From Thermoplasmata archaeon (lineage in GTDB: Archaea > Thermoplasmatota > Thermoplasmata > Lutacidiplasmatales > UBA184), in contig JBAUYF010000007.1 of NCBI GenBank assembly GCA_049584655.1, forward strand, positions 27,288 to 91,287: 64,000 nt of DNA. Direction: 5' to 3'. Position 1 is the stretch's first letter; each line of letters starts with the position of its first letter. Below are positions 37,045 to 45,509 of this stretch, one piece after another. The position numbers and the translations under genes are program-made. The notes below the pieces were generated by a model that worked only from the letters and a program-made list of their open reading frames with translations, ran no database searches and had not been told where the DNA came from.

Positions 37045-38920
37045 TTTTCGATACGAGCCAGGGCGCGACGTAAAGCAGGATCAGGACGAAGGCGACGAGG
37101 CCCGTGACGACATAGGCGGCGTAGTCCGAGACAACTCCACTCTGCAGTGTCCTCGCCTGCCGCGAGAGAGCCGCGAACATCCGTTCGAACCCGCGAATGG
37201 TGCCGTCGATTACGTAGCGGTCCACGAAATCGGCGAGTCGCGCGAGGGCGTAGACCCCCTTCTCACCGATCGCGTCGTACGCGTCCTTCACGTAATACCG
37301 ATTGAGGAGCAACCGCCGAATCGACTGCGCAGGCGAACCCTCGGGTAGCACGTAGACCCGTCCATTGCCCCAGAGCACGAACGCCGTGAGTATACCCGCG
37401 AGTCCGAGCACGACTGATCCTACGGAGAGCAGGATCTCCGTTGTACCGTATCCCGGAGGAATACCGGCCCCCGTGAGGAGCGATGCGAATCCAGGAGAGA
37501 AGATCAAGAGACCCGCTACGACGGCGAGTGCCGAGAGGATGAGCATGGGGATCCGCATCGCCCAGGGCGCCTCGTGAGCCTCCGGAAGAGTTGGATCCCG
37601 CGGGGAATCCCCGCTGAACGTCAGGAACCATACCCGGAAAATGTAGTACGCCGTGAGAAAAACGGACGCGAAAGCGAGGAGGAAGAATGGCCAGTAGAGG
37701 GGGTGGCTCCCGAGCTGGAGATAGACCGAAGCCAGCACGTCATCTTTGCTCCAGAACCCGGCGAACGGAGGGATCCCGGCGAGCGCCAAGCCACCGATCG
37801 CAAACGCGGCCGCGGTGAATTTCATCGGCTTGCGGAGCCCGCCCATCTTGAACAGGTCCTGCGTGCCGATGGCGTGAATGACGGCGCCCGCGGAGAGGAA
37901 AAGAAGAGCCTTGAAGAACGCATGGGTGAAGAGATGGAACATCCCGACCATCGCAAAGCCGGCGCCGACGGCCATCACCATGTAGCCGAGTTGGGAGATC
38001 GTCGAGTACGCGATGACCCGCTTGATGTCGGGATGCACGACCGCCATCGAGGCGGCGTAGAACGTGGTGAAACCGCCGATCGCGACGATCGCGAGCGAAT
38101 CGATCGACGTGAAACCGATGAAGAGCGACGTGACGGCCAGCAGGTAGACGCCCGCCGCCACCATCGTCGCCGCGTGAATGAGCGCCGAAACGGTGGTCGG
38201 CCCTTCCATGGCGTCGGGCAGCCAAACATCGAGGGGGAACTGGGCGGACTTACCGGCAGCGCCGGCGAGGATCATCAGGCCGGCGAGCGTGATGAGTGGG
38301 GCTGTGCTGGTGGCGCCGACGAGGAAGGATTGCCCCCCACTCACGAAAATAAATCCATTCGCGGCCCAACCGCCATTCGGGCCGGAGAGGGCGTAGACCT
38401 GGAAGTAGATGAAAATCCCGAGCAGAAACAACACATCGCCGATCCGCGTGACGAGGAACGCCTCCTTGGCCGCACTTGCCGCGCTGGGCCGGGAATAGTA
38501 GAATCCAATGAGGAAGTACGAGCAGACGCCGACCAACTCCCAAAAGACAAAGAACTGGAGGAGGTTATCCGCCAGGACCAGTCCGGTCATAGCTGCGAGG
38601 AACAGCGAGAGCTCCGCGTAGTAGCGGGGGAGACCCTCCTCGTGATGCATGTAGCCGATCGAATACAGCATGACGAGGAATCCGACCACCGTCACGACGA
38701 TGAGCATCAGGGCCGAGACCGGGTCGACTAGGATCCCCATCACGAGGGAGAATCCGTTCGGGAACGTGCCGGGAGACCCGGCGAGGTGGATCCACGTGTA
38801 GCTTTGTTGGAAGTAATGGCCGGGACTCAGGATCTCGGCGACCGCGACGAGCACGCCGATGACCATCGAAACGCCGGACGCGCCCACGGCGATCCATCCG
38901 CCCCACTCGAGGCGGCGCAT
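37031..38920 (-). CDS. nuoL: NADH-quinone oxidoreductase subunit L (true start probably upstream, near 39016)
   Basis: 629 aa from ATG 38920 (WLPDAMEGPTTVSALIHAATMV, plus the long C-terminal lateral helix region). The in-frame upstream sequence encodes the conserved first TM helix but has no ATG/GTG/TTG (see findings). Confidence 0.85.
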   Translation of the reverse strand: MRRLEWGGWIAVGASGVSMVIGVLVAVAEILSPGHYFQQSYTWIHLAGSPGTFPNGFSLVMGILVDPVSALMLIVVTVVGFLVMLYSIGYMHHEEGLPRYYAELSLFLAAMTGLVLADNLLQFFVFWELVGVCSYFLIGFYYSRPSAASAAKEAFLVTRIGDVLFLLGIFIYFQVYALSGPNGGWAANGFIFVSGGQSFLVGATSTAPLITLAGLMILAGAAGKSAQFPLDVWLPDAMEGPTTVSALIHAATMVAAGVYLLAVTSLFIGFTSIDSLAIVAIGGFTTFYAASMAVVHPDIKRVIAYSTISQLGYMVMAVGAGFAMVGMFHLFTHAFFKALLFLSAGAVIHAIGTQDLFKMGGLRKPMKFTAAAFAIGGLALAGIPPFAGFWSKDDVLASVYLQLGSHPLYWPFFLLAFASVFLTAYYIFRVWFLTFSGDSPRDPTLPEAHEAPWAMRIPMLILSALAVVAGLLIFSPGFASLLTGAGIPPGYGTTEILLSVGSVVLGLAGILTAFVLWGNGRVYVLPEGSPAQSIRRLLLNRYYVKDAYDAIGEKGVYALARLADFVDRYVIDGTIRGFERMFAALSRQARTLQSGVVSDYAAYVVTGLVAFVLILLYVAPWLVSKIGGG

Positions 38921-39029
38921 CTTGGTGCCGAGCAGTCCGATGAGGACGAAGGCGAGGGCCGGGAGGAGCGGGACGAGGAAAGCGCCTCCGAATACCCAAT
39001 CGAGCGACCCGTTCGTTGTTCGATCCCTC

Positions 39030-39347
39030 CTATAGTTTGAGTTGCGTCGCTTCGCCGACGTTGATCGAACCGCGGAGCCGGTTGAGGGCGAGCACGATCG
39101 CGAGACCTACGGCAACCTCGGTGGCGGCGAGGCCGATCAGTACTACGGCGATCGATTGACCGTTCAAGCCGGACGGCGCGGGGAGAAAAGCCGCAAAGTA
39201 CACGAAATTGAGGATCGTGGCATTCATGCCGATCTCGATGGCGATCAGGAGAAGAATGAAGTTCCGGCGCGTCAGGATCCCGAAGATTCCCACGCCGAGC
39301 AAGGACGCGGAAAGCGCCAGAAATCCCGCCAACGGAAGGGTCGTCAT
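39030..39347 (-). CDS. nuoK: NADH-quinone oxidoreductase subunit K
   Basis: 105 aa, 3 TM (IAIEIGMNA..., ATEVAVGLAIVLAL). ATG 39347 overlaps the nuoJ stop (ATGA). Confidence 0.85.
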   Translation of the reverse strand: MTTLPLAGFLALSASLLGVGIFGILTRRNFILLLIAIEIGMNATILNFVYFAAFLPAPSGLNGQSIAVVLIGLAATEVAVGLAIVLALNRLRGSINVGEATQLKL

Positions 39348-39832
39348 TCGCGGCCCTCCCGAACAAGGTACAGCGCGCCGCTCAAGGCCGCGAGCATGAC
39401 CAGGCCCAGCAGGATGAGCCACGCGCCATTCGCATTGAACAGGTTGGCGGAGAGAAGGGTGGGGTCGTAGGTCTGGATCGACGTCGAGGATTGCGGAAGC
39501 TCGCTCAGTACCGAGCCGACCATGATGACCACGAGCACGGCGAGCGCGACGGGGATCGGGCCGATGCCCGTCGCCGCATCGCGGGAGAAGATCCGTTTAC
39601 GCGTGACCATCACCCCGAAGAGAAGGAGAATCGTGACGGCGCCCGCGTAGACGCCAAGTTGGAGTACTCCGAGGAAAGGCGCCTCGAGGAGGAAGTAGAT
39701 CGCCGAGAGATCGATGAAGAAGAGCGCGACCCAGAGGATGGTGTGCACAAGCTCGCGGACGAGCAGCGCCAAGATGGCCGTGACGACGGCGACGACGCCG
39801 AGCGCGGCGAATGCCACCAGCTCCAGGTTCAC
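39344..39832 (-). CDS. nuoJ: NADH-quinone oxidoreductase subunit J
   Basis: Hydrophobic 5-TM protein. GTG 39832 overlaps the nuoI TGA (GTGA); the ORF-track start at 39889 would overlap nuoI by 61 nt. Confidence 0.8.
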   Translation of the reverse strand: MNLELVAFAALGVVAVVTAILALLVRELVHTILWVALFFIDLSAIYFLLEAPFLGVLQLGVYAGAVTILLLFGVMVTRKRIFSRDAATGIGPIPVALAVLVVIMVGSVLSELPQSSTSIQTYDPTLLSANLFNANGAWLILLGLVMLAALSGALYLVREGRE

Positions 39833-40608
39833 GAGTGAGTCCCCCAGAAGAGACACTCCTTGGGGCAGACCGAAATGCACGTACCGCATCGGACGCAGTC
39901 GGAGTCGTTGATGACCGGCTCCTTCCAGATTCGCTTCGTTTGCTTTTCACCGGGCTTCGGCTCCGGCTTCGGGATGTCGAGCATCGTGATGCACTGTGTC
40001 GGGCAGTCCCGCGAGCACGCGTTGCAGCCGATGCAGAGGGGGGGGTCGAGCAGGATGGCGTCCTCGTTGGCCGGACGCTCCAAGCGGATCGGGTTCATGG
40101 GCAGCTTGCGCTCGAAGATCTCGAACATCTTTTGCGGCGTGTAGACCATCTCCGAGCGCCGCGTCACGGAGAGTTCGTACTTCGTGGTCATCGTGAGGCA
40201 GCCCTCGGGGCACGCGTCGGAGCAGAACCCGCAGTAGCTGCATTTTCCGTAGTCGATCTGCGGGCACTTTTTCGGGTGCTTGGGGTCGCCGCCCGGGACC
40301 GAGACCATCTCGATGCAAATGTCCGGACAACTGAAGGCACAGAGGTTGCACGAGATGCAGGTGTTGATGTTCAGGGCGTGCACCCCGCGATAATTGTCCC
40401 ACACCTGCCCGACGCCGAACGGCTTCCCCGAGGCAACGCGCAATTCGTCCCGGAATTTCGGATCTTCGAGCCGCTCGAACGGATAGACGATCGTCGACGG
40501 GCGGATGAGGCTCTTCGCAAACTGCCGGGCGGCGGTGGCCAGCGGTTTGACAACGTAGAGGATCGGGTTGTCGTCGCTCGCCGTTTTCTGGGTGCTGTTG
40601 GTTGCCAT
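39829..40608 (-). CDS. nuoI: NADH-quinone oxidoreductase subunit I with additional 2x[4Fe-4S] C-terminal ferredoxin module
   Basis: Four CxxCxxCxxxCP motifs: CISCNLCAFSCP, CSYCGFCSDACP, CIGCNACSRDCP and CVRCGTCISVCP. ATG 40608 preceded by GGAACGGAG; an alternative TTG sits at 40632. Confidence 0.85.
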   Translation of the reverse strand: MATNSTQKTASDDNPILYVVKPLATAARQFAKSLIRPSTIVYPFERLEDPKFRDELRVASGKPFGVGQVWDNYRGVHALNINTCISCNLCAFSCPDICIEMVSVPGGDPKHPKKCPQIDYGKCSYCGFCSDACPEGCLTMTTKYELSVTRRSEMVYTPQKMFEIFERKLPMNPIRLERPANEDAILLDPPLCIGCNACSRDCPTQCITMLDIPKPEPKPGEKQTKRIWKEPVINDSDCVRCGTCISVCPKECLFWGTHS

Positions 40609-40621
40609 GTGCTCCGTTCCT

Positions 40622-41752
40622 TTAGCCACCAATGCTCGGGACGCAACCGAATACGGGTAGGCATTTCACGAGGACTACGACGGCCGCGAGAACGACGCTG
40701 AGGAGGGCCAGTGGGATCATTCGGTTCCACCCCACGCGCAAGAGCTGGTCGGTGCGCACGCGCGGCAACGAGGCCCGGATCCAGACGAAGACGCCAAACA
40801 CGGCGTAGGTTTTGATCATGAACCAGAAGATGCCCGCGAGGGGAAAGTTGGTGAGCGCGCTCGGGACGTACGACGGGAGCGTCCATCCGCCGAGAAACAA
40901 CAGGACGACGAGGATGCTCCCGACGAGGGCGCGGAGGTAATCCGCGAGCATGAAGAACGCGAAGAGCATGCCCCCGTACTCGGTGTTCCAGCCCTCGACA
41001 AGCTCAGCTTCGGCCTCCGGTAGGTCGAAGGGAATGCGTTCCATCTCGGCGAGCATTCCGGCGACGAAGACGATCAGGGCGATGAAGAGGGGTCCCCAGA
41101 ACCAGTAATTCTGTTGTTCGAGCACGATCGTGTTCAGATCGAAGCTCCCGGCAAGCACGATCACGGCGACGACGGCCAGAAGCAGCGGCACCTCGTAGGC
41201 GATCATCTGCGCCGCCGAGCGCATGCCGCCCATGAGCGAGTACTTGTTGTTGCTCGACCACGCACTGATGAAAATGAAGAGGGGAGCGAACGAGAAGATC
41301 GCCAACGCGAGGAGCAAGCTCAGCGGGAGCGCCCCACTGTTCCATCCGGTCGAAATCGGGAGGACGCCAAAGATCACGAGCGACGTGACCATGTAGGCCG
41401 TGGGTCCCGAGAAGAAACCGAGAGCGTCGGCCTCGCGCGGCTTGAACGTCTGCTTATGGAACAACTTGAGCCCGTCCGCAAAATTCTGCAACAGGCCGGC
41501 GTAGCCGACATGCATCGCGCCCCGCCGGTCCATGAAGCGGCCCAAGAGCTTGCGTTCCCACCAGATGAGCAGGATCGTGTTGAGCATGCTGGCGGCGAGC
41601 AGGATCGCGGCAAAGATCAGGACCGCGATCGTGAGAATCAAACCGCTGTTCGTGATCCAGTCGCTGAGTGGGGCCGGGAGCACGGAGCCGAGGGCATGGA
41701 AGAGGGTGTTCGAGAGGAAGAACGCCACCGAAAACAACGAATCAGAGGTCAT
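40622..41752 (-). CDS. nuoH: NADH-quinone oxidoreductase subunit H
   Basis: 376 aa, 8 TM. ERKLLGRFMDRRG and PFDLPEAEAELVEG are NuoH signatures. Confidence 0.9.
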   Translation of the reverse strand: MTSDSLFSVAFFLSNTLFHALGSVLPAPLSDWITNSGLILTIAVLIFAAILLAASMLNTILLIWWERKLLGRFMDRRGAMHVGYAGLLQNFADGLKLFHKQTFKPREADALGFFSGPTAYMVTSLVIFGVLPISTGWNSGALPLSLLLALAIFSFAPLFIFISAWSSNNKYSLMGGMRSAAQMIAYEVPLLLAVVAVIVLAGSFDLNTIVLEQQNYWFWGPLFIALIVFVAGMLAEMERIPFDLPEAEAELVEGWNTEYGGMLFAFFMLADYLRALVGSILVVLLFLGGWTLPSYVPSALTNFPLAGIFWFMIKTYAVFGVFVWIRASLPRVRTDQLLRVGWNRMIPLALLSVVLAAVVVLVKCLPVFGCVPSIGG

Positions 41753-41768
41753 CGCGCCGGCTCCCTCC

Positions 41769-42914
41769 CTAGCGGTCGGACTCCCCGACGCAGACGTCCA
41801 CGCTGCCCATGATCGGCGGAATGTCCGCGACGCGATAGCCGATCATATACTGCTTGGAGGCGCTCAAGTTCGCAAAGACGGGGGACCGGAATTTCACGCG
41901 ATACGGATGTTCCGCCCCTTCGTTGACCACGTACGCCTGCGCTTCCCCATGCGGCTCTTCGACCGACGAAAAACCGATGCCCTTGGGGTAATTCCTCTTG
42001 AGCAGGTAGCCCTCCTTACCGACGGGGGCGTAGGGGGCACCGAGCCAGCGGGGCAACGGAGACGCCAGTACGGGACCGGGATGTTTCTCGAGCCAAGTTA
42101 GGATCTGGCGAATGATGTTGACGGACTGTCGAAGTTCCTCCATCCGGACAAGGTAGCGGCCCGTCACATCCGCGCTATCGGCCTGGGCGACTTCGAAATT
42201 AACCTGCCCGTAGGCGGAATACGGCCGATCGCGGCGCAGGTCACGGGCGACGCCGGCCGAGCGGAGCATCGGTCCGGTGACTCCGTGCGCGACACAGTCA
42301 TTGGCCTTGAGCACACCGAGACCATCGCACCGCCGGCGAAAGATCGTCGATCCCATGCACAGGCGGTCGTATTCGACGAACCGGTCGTCCAACCAGTCGA
42401 GAACCTTCCGCGCCTGGTCGATGAATCCGTTGGGGAGGTCGTTGCGAACGCCGCCCACGCGCATGTATTCGTAGGTCAATCGACCGCCGGTGTAGCTCTG
42501 GAATAGGTCGAGAACCAAGTCGCGGTCTCGCATCCCATAGAGGAACGGGCTCATCAGCCCCAGGTCCTGCACGAACGCCGCGTACCACATCAGATGCGAC
42601 GCGATGCGTTGGAATTCATCGGACATCGTCCGAATGAACTCGGCCCGTTCCGGCGGATCGATATGGAGCGACTTTTCGGCCGCCAGAATATAGAGATGCT
42701 CCCAGGCCATGCCGGCAACGTAGCAGCAACGGTCCATCAGCGTGATGACCTCGTTATAATGGCGGTCCTCGCTGATCTTTTCGATCCCGCGATGCAAGTA
42801 GCCCATTTCCGGGTCCACGTCGAGAATGATCTCGCCATCGATCTTGACCCGAAGGTTCCAGAGACCATGGGTCATGGGGTGCTGAGGCCCCATATTGATC
42901 CACATTTCAGACAT
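41769..42914 (-). CDS. nuoD: NADH-quinone oxidoreductase subunit D
   Basis: MSEMWINMGPQHPMTHG start and the C-terminal DIPPIMGSVDVCVGESDR, both typical of NuoD/49-kDa. ATG 42914 overlaps the nuoC end by 8 nt. Confidence 0.9.
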   Translation of the reverse strand: MSEMWINMGPQHPMTHGLWNLRVKIDGEIILDVDPEMGYLHRGIEKISEDRHYNEVITLMDRCCYVAGMAWEHLYILAAEKSLHIDPPERAEFIRTMSDEFQRIASHLMWYAAFVQDLGLMSPFLYGMRDRDLVLDLFQSYTGGRLTYEYMRVGGVRNDLPNGFIDQARKVLDWLDDRFVEYDRLCMGSTIFRRRCDGLGVLKANDCVAHGVTGPMLRSAGVARDLRRDRPYSAYGQVNFEVAQADSADVTGRYLVRMEELRQSVNIIRQILTWLEKHPGPVLASPLPRWLGAPYAPVGKEGYLLKRNYPKGIGFSSVEEPHGEAQAYVVNEGAEHPYRVKFRSPVFANLSASKQYMIGYRVADIPPIMGSVDVCVGESDR

Positions 42915-43383
42915 GGCGCGTCTTGACCTCCAACTCCTCGGGCTCGTGAAGTTTAAACGACCGAAGCAGCGGATGGAATTGGTATCCATCCGGCATCAGT
43001 AAATGGCGGAGGTCGGGGTGATGGTCGAAGGTGATGTCGACCATTTCCCAGGCCTCCCGCTCATGCCAATTGGCGGACGGCCAGACCGGCGTCGCGCTTT
43101 CGATGTGGGGGTTGTCGGCCGGGAGATCAGAGGAGAGAAGCAGGTATTGCTTTTCCACGTCGGACCACAGAACGTAGAACGCCTCGCGGTGGTCGACCCA
43201 GTCGATTCCACCGACCATCGACAAATGGCGGAAGCCGAGCTGATCGCGTAAGGCGCGGAACACGTCGAGCGCACCTTCCCTGCGAAATCGAACGCGCCCA
43301 ACAAATCCTTCGAACGGCTCGACCCCGAGGAGGCGGTCTCCCACGATGGGAGTCAACCGTCCCGCCACGTCGTCTGGCTGCAT
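42907..43383 (-). CDS. nuoC: NADH-quinone oxidoreductase subunit C
   Basis: 158 aa. NWHEREAWEM and HPLL motifs of the 30-kDa subunit. Confidence 0.85.
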   Translation of the reverse strand: MQPDDVAGRLTPIVGDRLLGVEPFEGFVGRVRFRREGALDVFRALRDQLGFRHLSMVGGIDWVDHREAFYVLWSDVEKQYLLLSSDLPADNPHIESATPVWPSANWHEREAWEMVDITFDHHPDLRHLLMPDGYQFHPLLRSFKLHEPEELEVKTRHV

Positions 43384-43421
43384 CTCTCGCTTCCTGGTGT
43401 CTTCGGTTCAGCGCGGAGGGG

Positions 43422-44039
43422 TTACTCCTTCCGTTCGCGGATGAGTTCTTCGAGCACCAAGATCCCGTCCAGCATTGCCTCCGGACGGGGCGGGCAACCC
43501 GCAATGTAAACGTCGACGGGAATCAGTTTGTCTACGCCCGGAACCACCGAATAGGCGGTGCGGAACGGTCCGCCGCCGGTCGCGCAGTTCCCCATCGCGA
43601 TGGCCCACTTCGGCTCCGGCATCTGTTCGTACAGCGTGATCAGCTTGTGGGCGACCTTCCACGTCACGGTGCCGTTAACGATGAGCAGGTCGCACTGTCG
43701 CGGCGAGGAGCGGGGCACCACCCCGAACCGCTCTGCGTCCCATCGCGCCCCGAACGCCGAGGCGAATTCGATCGCGCAGCACGCGAGTCCCCAGTGCAAG
43801 GGGAAGAGGGAATTCCGCCCGGCCCAATTGAATACCGGCCGTACGACCTTGTCATGGGCTTGCTCGGCCAGCAAGGAGGTCAAGGCTTCCTTCGCCGCCG
43901 GGACGAACTCTCGGGCGCGGAGCGTTTCGATCTCCACGAAAGGAACGGCGGGCGCACTCGCCATGGGAAGTTCGTCCGAAGGGGCGGGAGGAGTCGCTAA
44001 CTTGGAGGCAGGGGAAGGAGCTGGGTTGCTGCTGCTCAT
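43422..44039 (-). CDS. nuoB: NADH-quinone oxidoreductase subunit B
   Basis: N2-cluster ligands [19 protein letters not shown] and [10 protein letters not shown] 44039 overlaps the nuoA stop (ATGA). Has a Pro/Ala-rich N-extension. Confidence 0.9.
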   Translation of the reverse strand: MSSSNPAPSPASKLATPPAPSDELPMASAPAVPFVEIETLRAREFVPAAKEALTSLLAEQAHDKVVRPVFNWAGRNSLFPLHWGLACCAIEFASAFGARWDAERFGVVPRSSPRQCDLLIVNGTVTWKVAHKLITLYEQMPEPKWAIAMGNCATGGGPFRTAYSVVPGVDKLIPVDVYIAGCPPRPEAMLDGILVLEELIRERKE

Positions 44040-44401
44040 ACCACCCACCGCTTTTCCCCGGACAGCGCGTAGTAGATTCCCGCGATGACGAGCGCCGCGA
44101 ACGCGAAGGCGATGAAGACCGGGTACCAACTGCTGTTGATGCCGCGGAAGGTGAGACCCCAGAGGGCGAGGATGAATCCGATCACATCGACGGCGACAAA
44201 CACGATCGCGAACGTATAGTGCTGCGTGGGGAAATCGATCTGCGCCTCTCCCTCGGCCTCCTCCCCGCACTCATAGGTCGTCAGTTGCAGGTACGACTTA
44301 CGACCCCGCGCGCTCAGTAGGTGGTTCGCCGTGATCGACCCCACGCCGAAAATCGCGGCGACTAATGCGAATACCAGGAACGTGGTGACCCCGGCGTCCA
44401 T
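44036..44401 (-). CDS. nuoA: NADH-quinone oxidoreductase subunit A
   Basis: 121 aa, 3 TM (YECGE motif). GGAGGA lies 7 nt upstream of the ATG. Confidence 0.85.
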   Translation of the reverse strand: MDAGVTTFLVFALVAAIFGVGSITANHLLSARGRKSYLQLTTYECGEEAEGEAQIDFPTQHYTFAIVFVAVDVIGFILALWGLTFRGINSSWYPVFIAFAFAALVIAGIYYALSGEKRWVV

Positions 44402-44449
44402 CCTATTCCTCCTTCCGGTAGCTCAGACGATATTCTGACCCTTTGAGCG

Positions 44450-44456
44450 TATTTAA
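44450..44456 (-). promoter_or_regulatory. TATA-like box (TTAAATA) upstream of nuoA
   Basis: Minus strand reads CTTAAATAC about 50 nt upstream of the nuoA ATG, leaving room for a ~25-nt leader containing the GGAGGA Shine-Dalgarno. Confidence 0.4.
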
Positions 44457-44674
44457 GCGATGCCCGCAGTCGGCGGAGAACGACTCGAACTTCGAGGACT
44501 CCATGGGCTCAATTGCCCGGCCGTCGGTCTGGATAGCTCACGTTGAACCTGCTACGTGGCGGGCCAGTTGACTCTCGGAATTCGCGGTGAACCGCTCCTC
44601 GGGAGCGGCGCCCTGAGACTCAATACCTCGGATTGGGAATGTTGCGCGGCCGCTGAAAGGCCCCGACGCCGCCG

Positions 44675-45463
44675 CTAAGGATGGAAGTTCGGTTTTCGTT
44701 TCTCTTGGAACGCGCGAATGCCTTCCGGAAGCTCTCGACCCTGGGCCGCCTCCACCATCCCGCGGCGCTCCAGCATCATCTGAGATTCCAGGCTCTCGGA
44801 AAAAGCGGAGACCATCAGTCGCTTCATCCACCCCCAAGCGAACGTCGGTCCATCGGCGAGCTCTTGCGCCCGTTCCAGCGCCCGGGACGCCAATCGCTCG
44901 GCTGATACTATCTCATGGATCAACCCAAGCTCCCGCGCTCGCTCAGCCGAAATTCGTCCGTTAGAGAACAGGATCTCCTGGGCCAATCCGATCCCGAGGT
45001 AGTGGGGCAGGAAATAGGTCAATCCCCCGTCCGGCACGGCTCCTAGTCCGGGGAATGCGGGTACCATGACGGTCGACTCCGTCCCGATTCTCCAGTCCGC
45101 CGCGAGTGCCAGGGAGAGACCGCCTCCGGCGGCCACTCCAGGGAGCGCGGCCAGGACAGGCTTGTGCATTCCCACGATCTCTCGAATCGCGAGCTCTTGC
45201 TCGCCCGTGAGCTCGTGGAACAGCTCGGCCAGGCGACCCTGGCCCAAGTGCTCGTGCATTGTGGCGACGTCTCCCCCGGCACAAAATGCCTTCCCGGCCC
45301 CGGTCAAGAGGACAGCTCGAGCGGTGGAATCCATCGAGGCTCGCTGGAGCGCTTGGCGAAGTTCCCTCATCGAGGGTACGTCCAGCGCATTCAATCGTTC
45401 AGGCCGGTTGATGCAGATCCGAAGGACAGCGCCCCGATGCTCGACTTCGACCGAACCGTTCAT
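44675..45463 (-). CDS. enoyl-CoA hydratase/isomerase (crotonase) family protein
   Basis: RPERLNAL, GAGKAFCAGGD, and the oxyanion-hole region AALPGVAAGGG. Confidence 0.85.
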   Translation of the reverse strand: MNGSVEVEHRGAVLRICINRPERLNALDVPSMRELRQALQRASMDSTARAVLLTGAGKAFCAGGDVATMHEHLGQGRLAELFHELTGEQELAIREIVGMHKPVLAALPGVAAGGGLSLALAADWRIGTESTVMVPAFPGLGAVPDGGLTYFLPHYLGIGLAQEILFSNGRISAERARELGLIHEIVSAERLASRALERAQELADGPTFAWGWMKRLMVSAFSESLESQMMLERRGMVEAAQGRELPEGIRAFQEKRKPNFHP

Positions 45464-45509
45464 GGCGCGTCTCTAAGCTCGAACTTCGATAGAGCTCGAT
45501 AGGTTCCGC

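Noticed and set aside
44411-44450. tRNA-like fragment GGUAGCUCAGACGA, resembling a D-arm, upstream of nuoA.
   Set aside because: No acceptor stem, anticodon arm or T-arm (GTTCGAAT-like) can be built around it. It is more likely part of the nuoA leader or promoter region.
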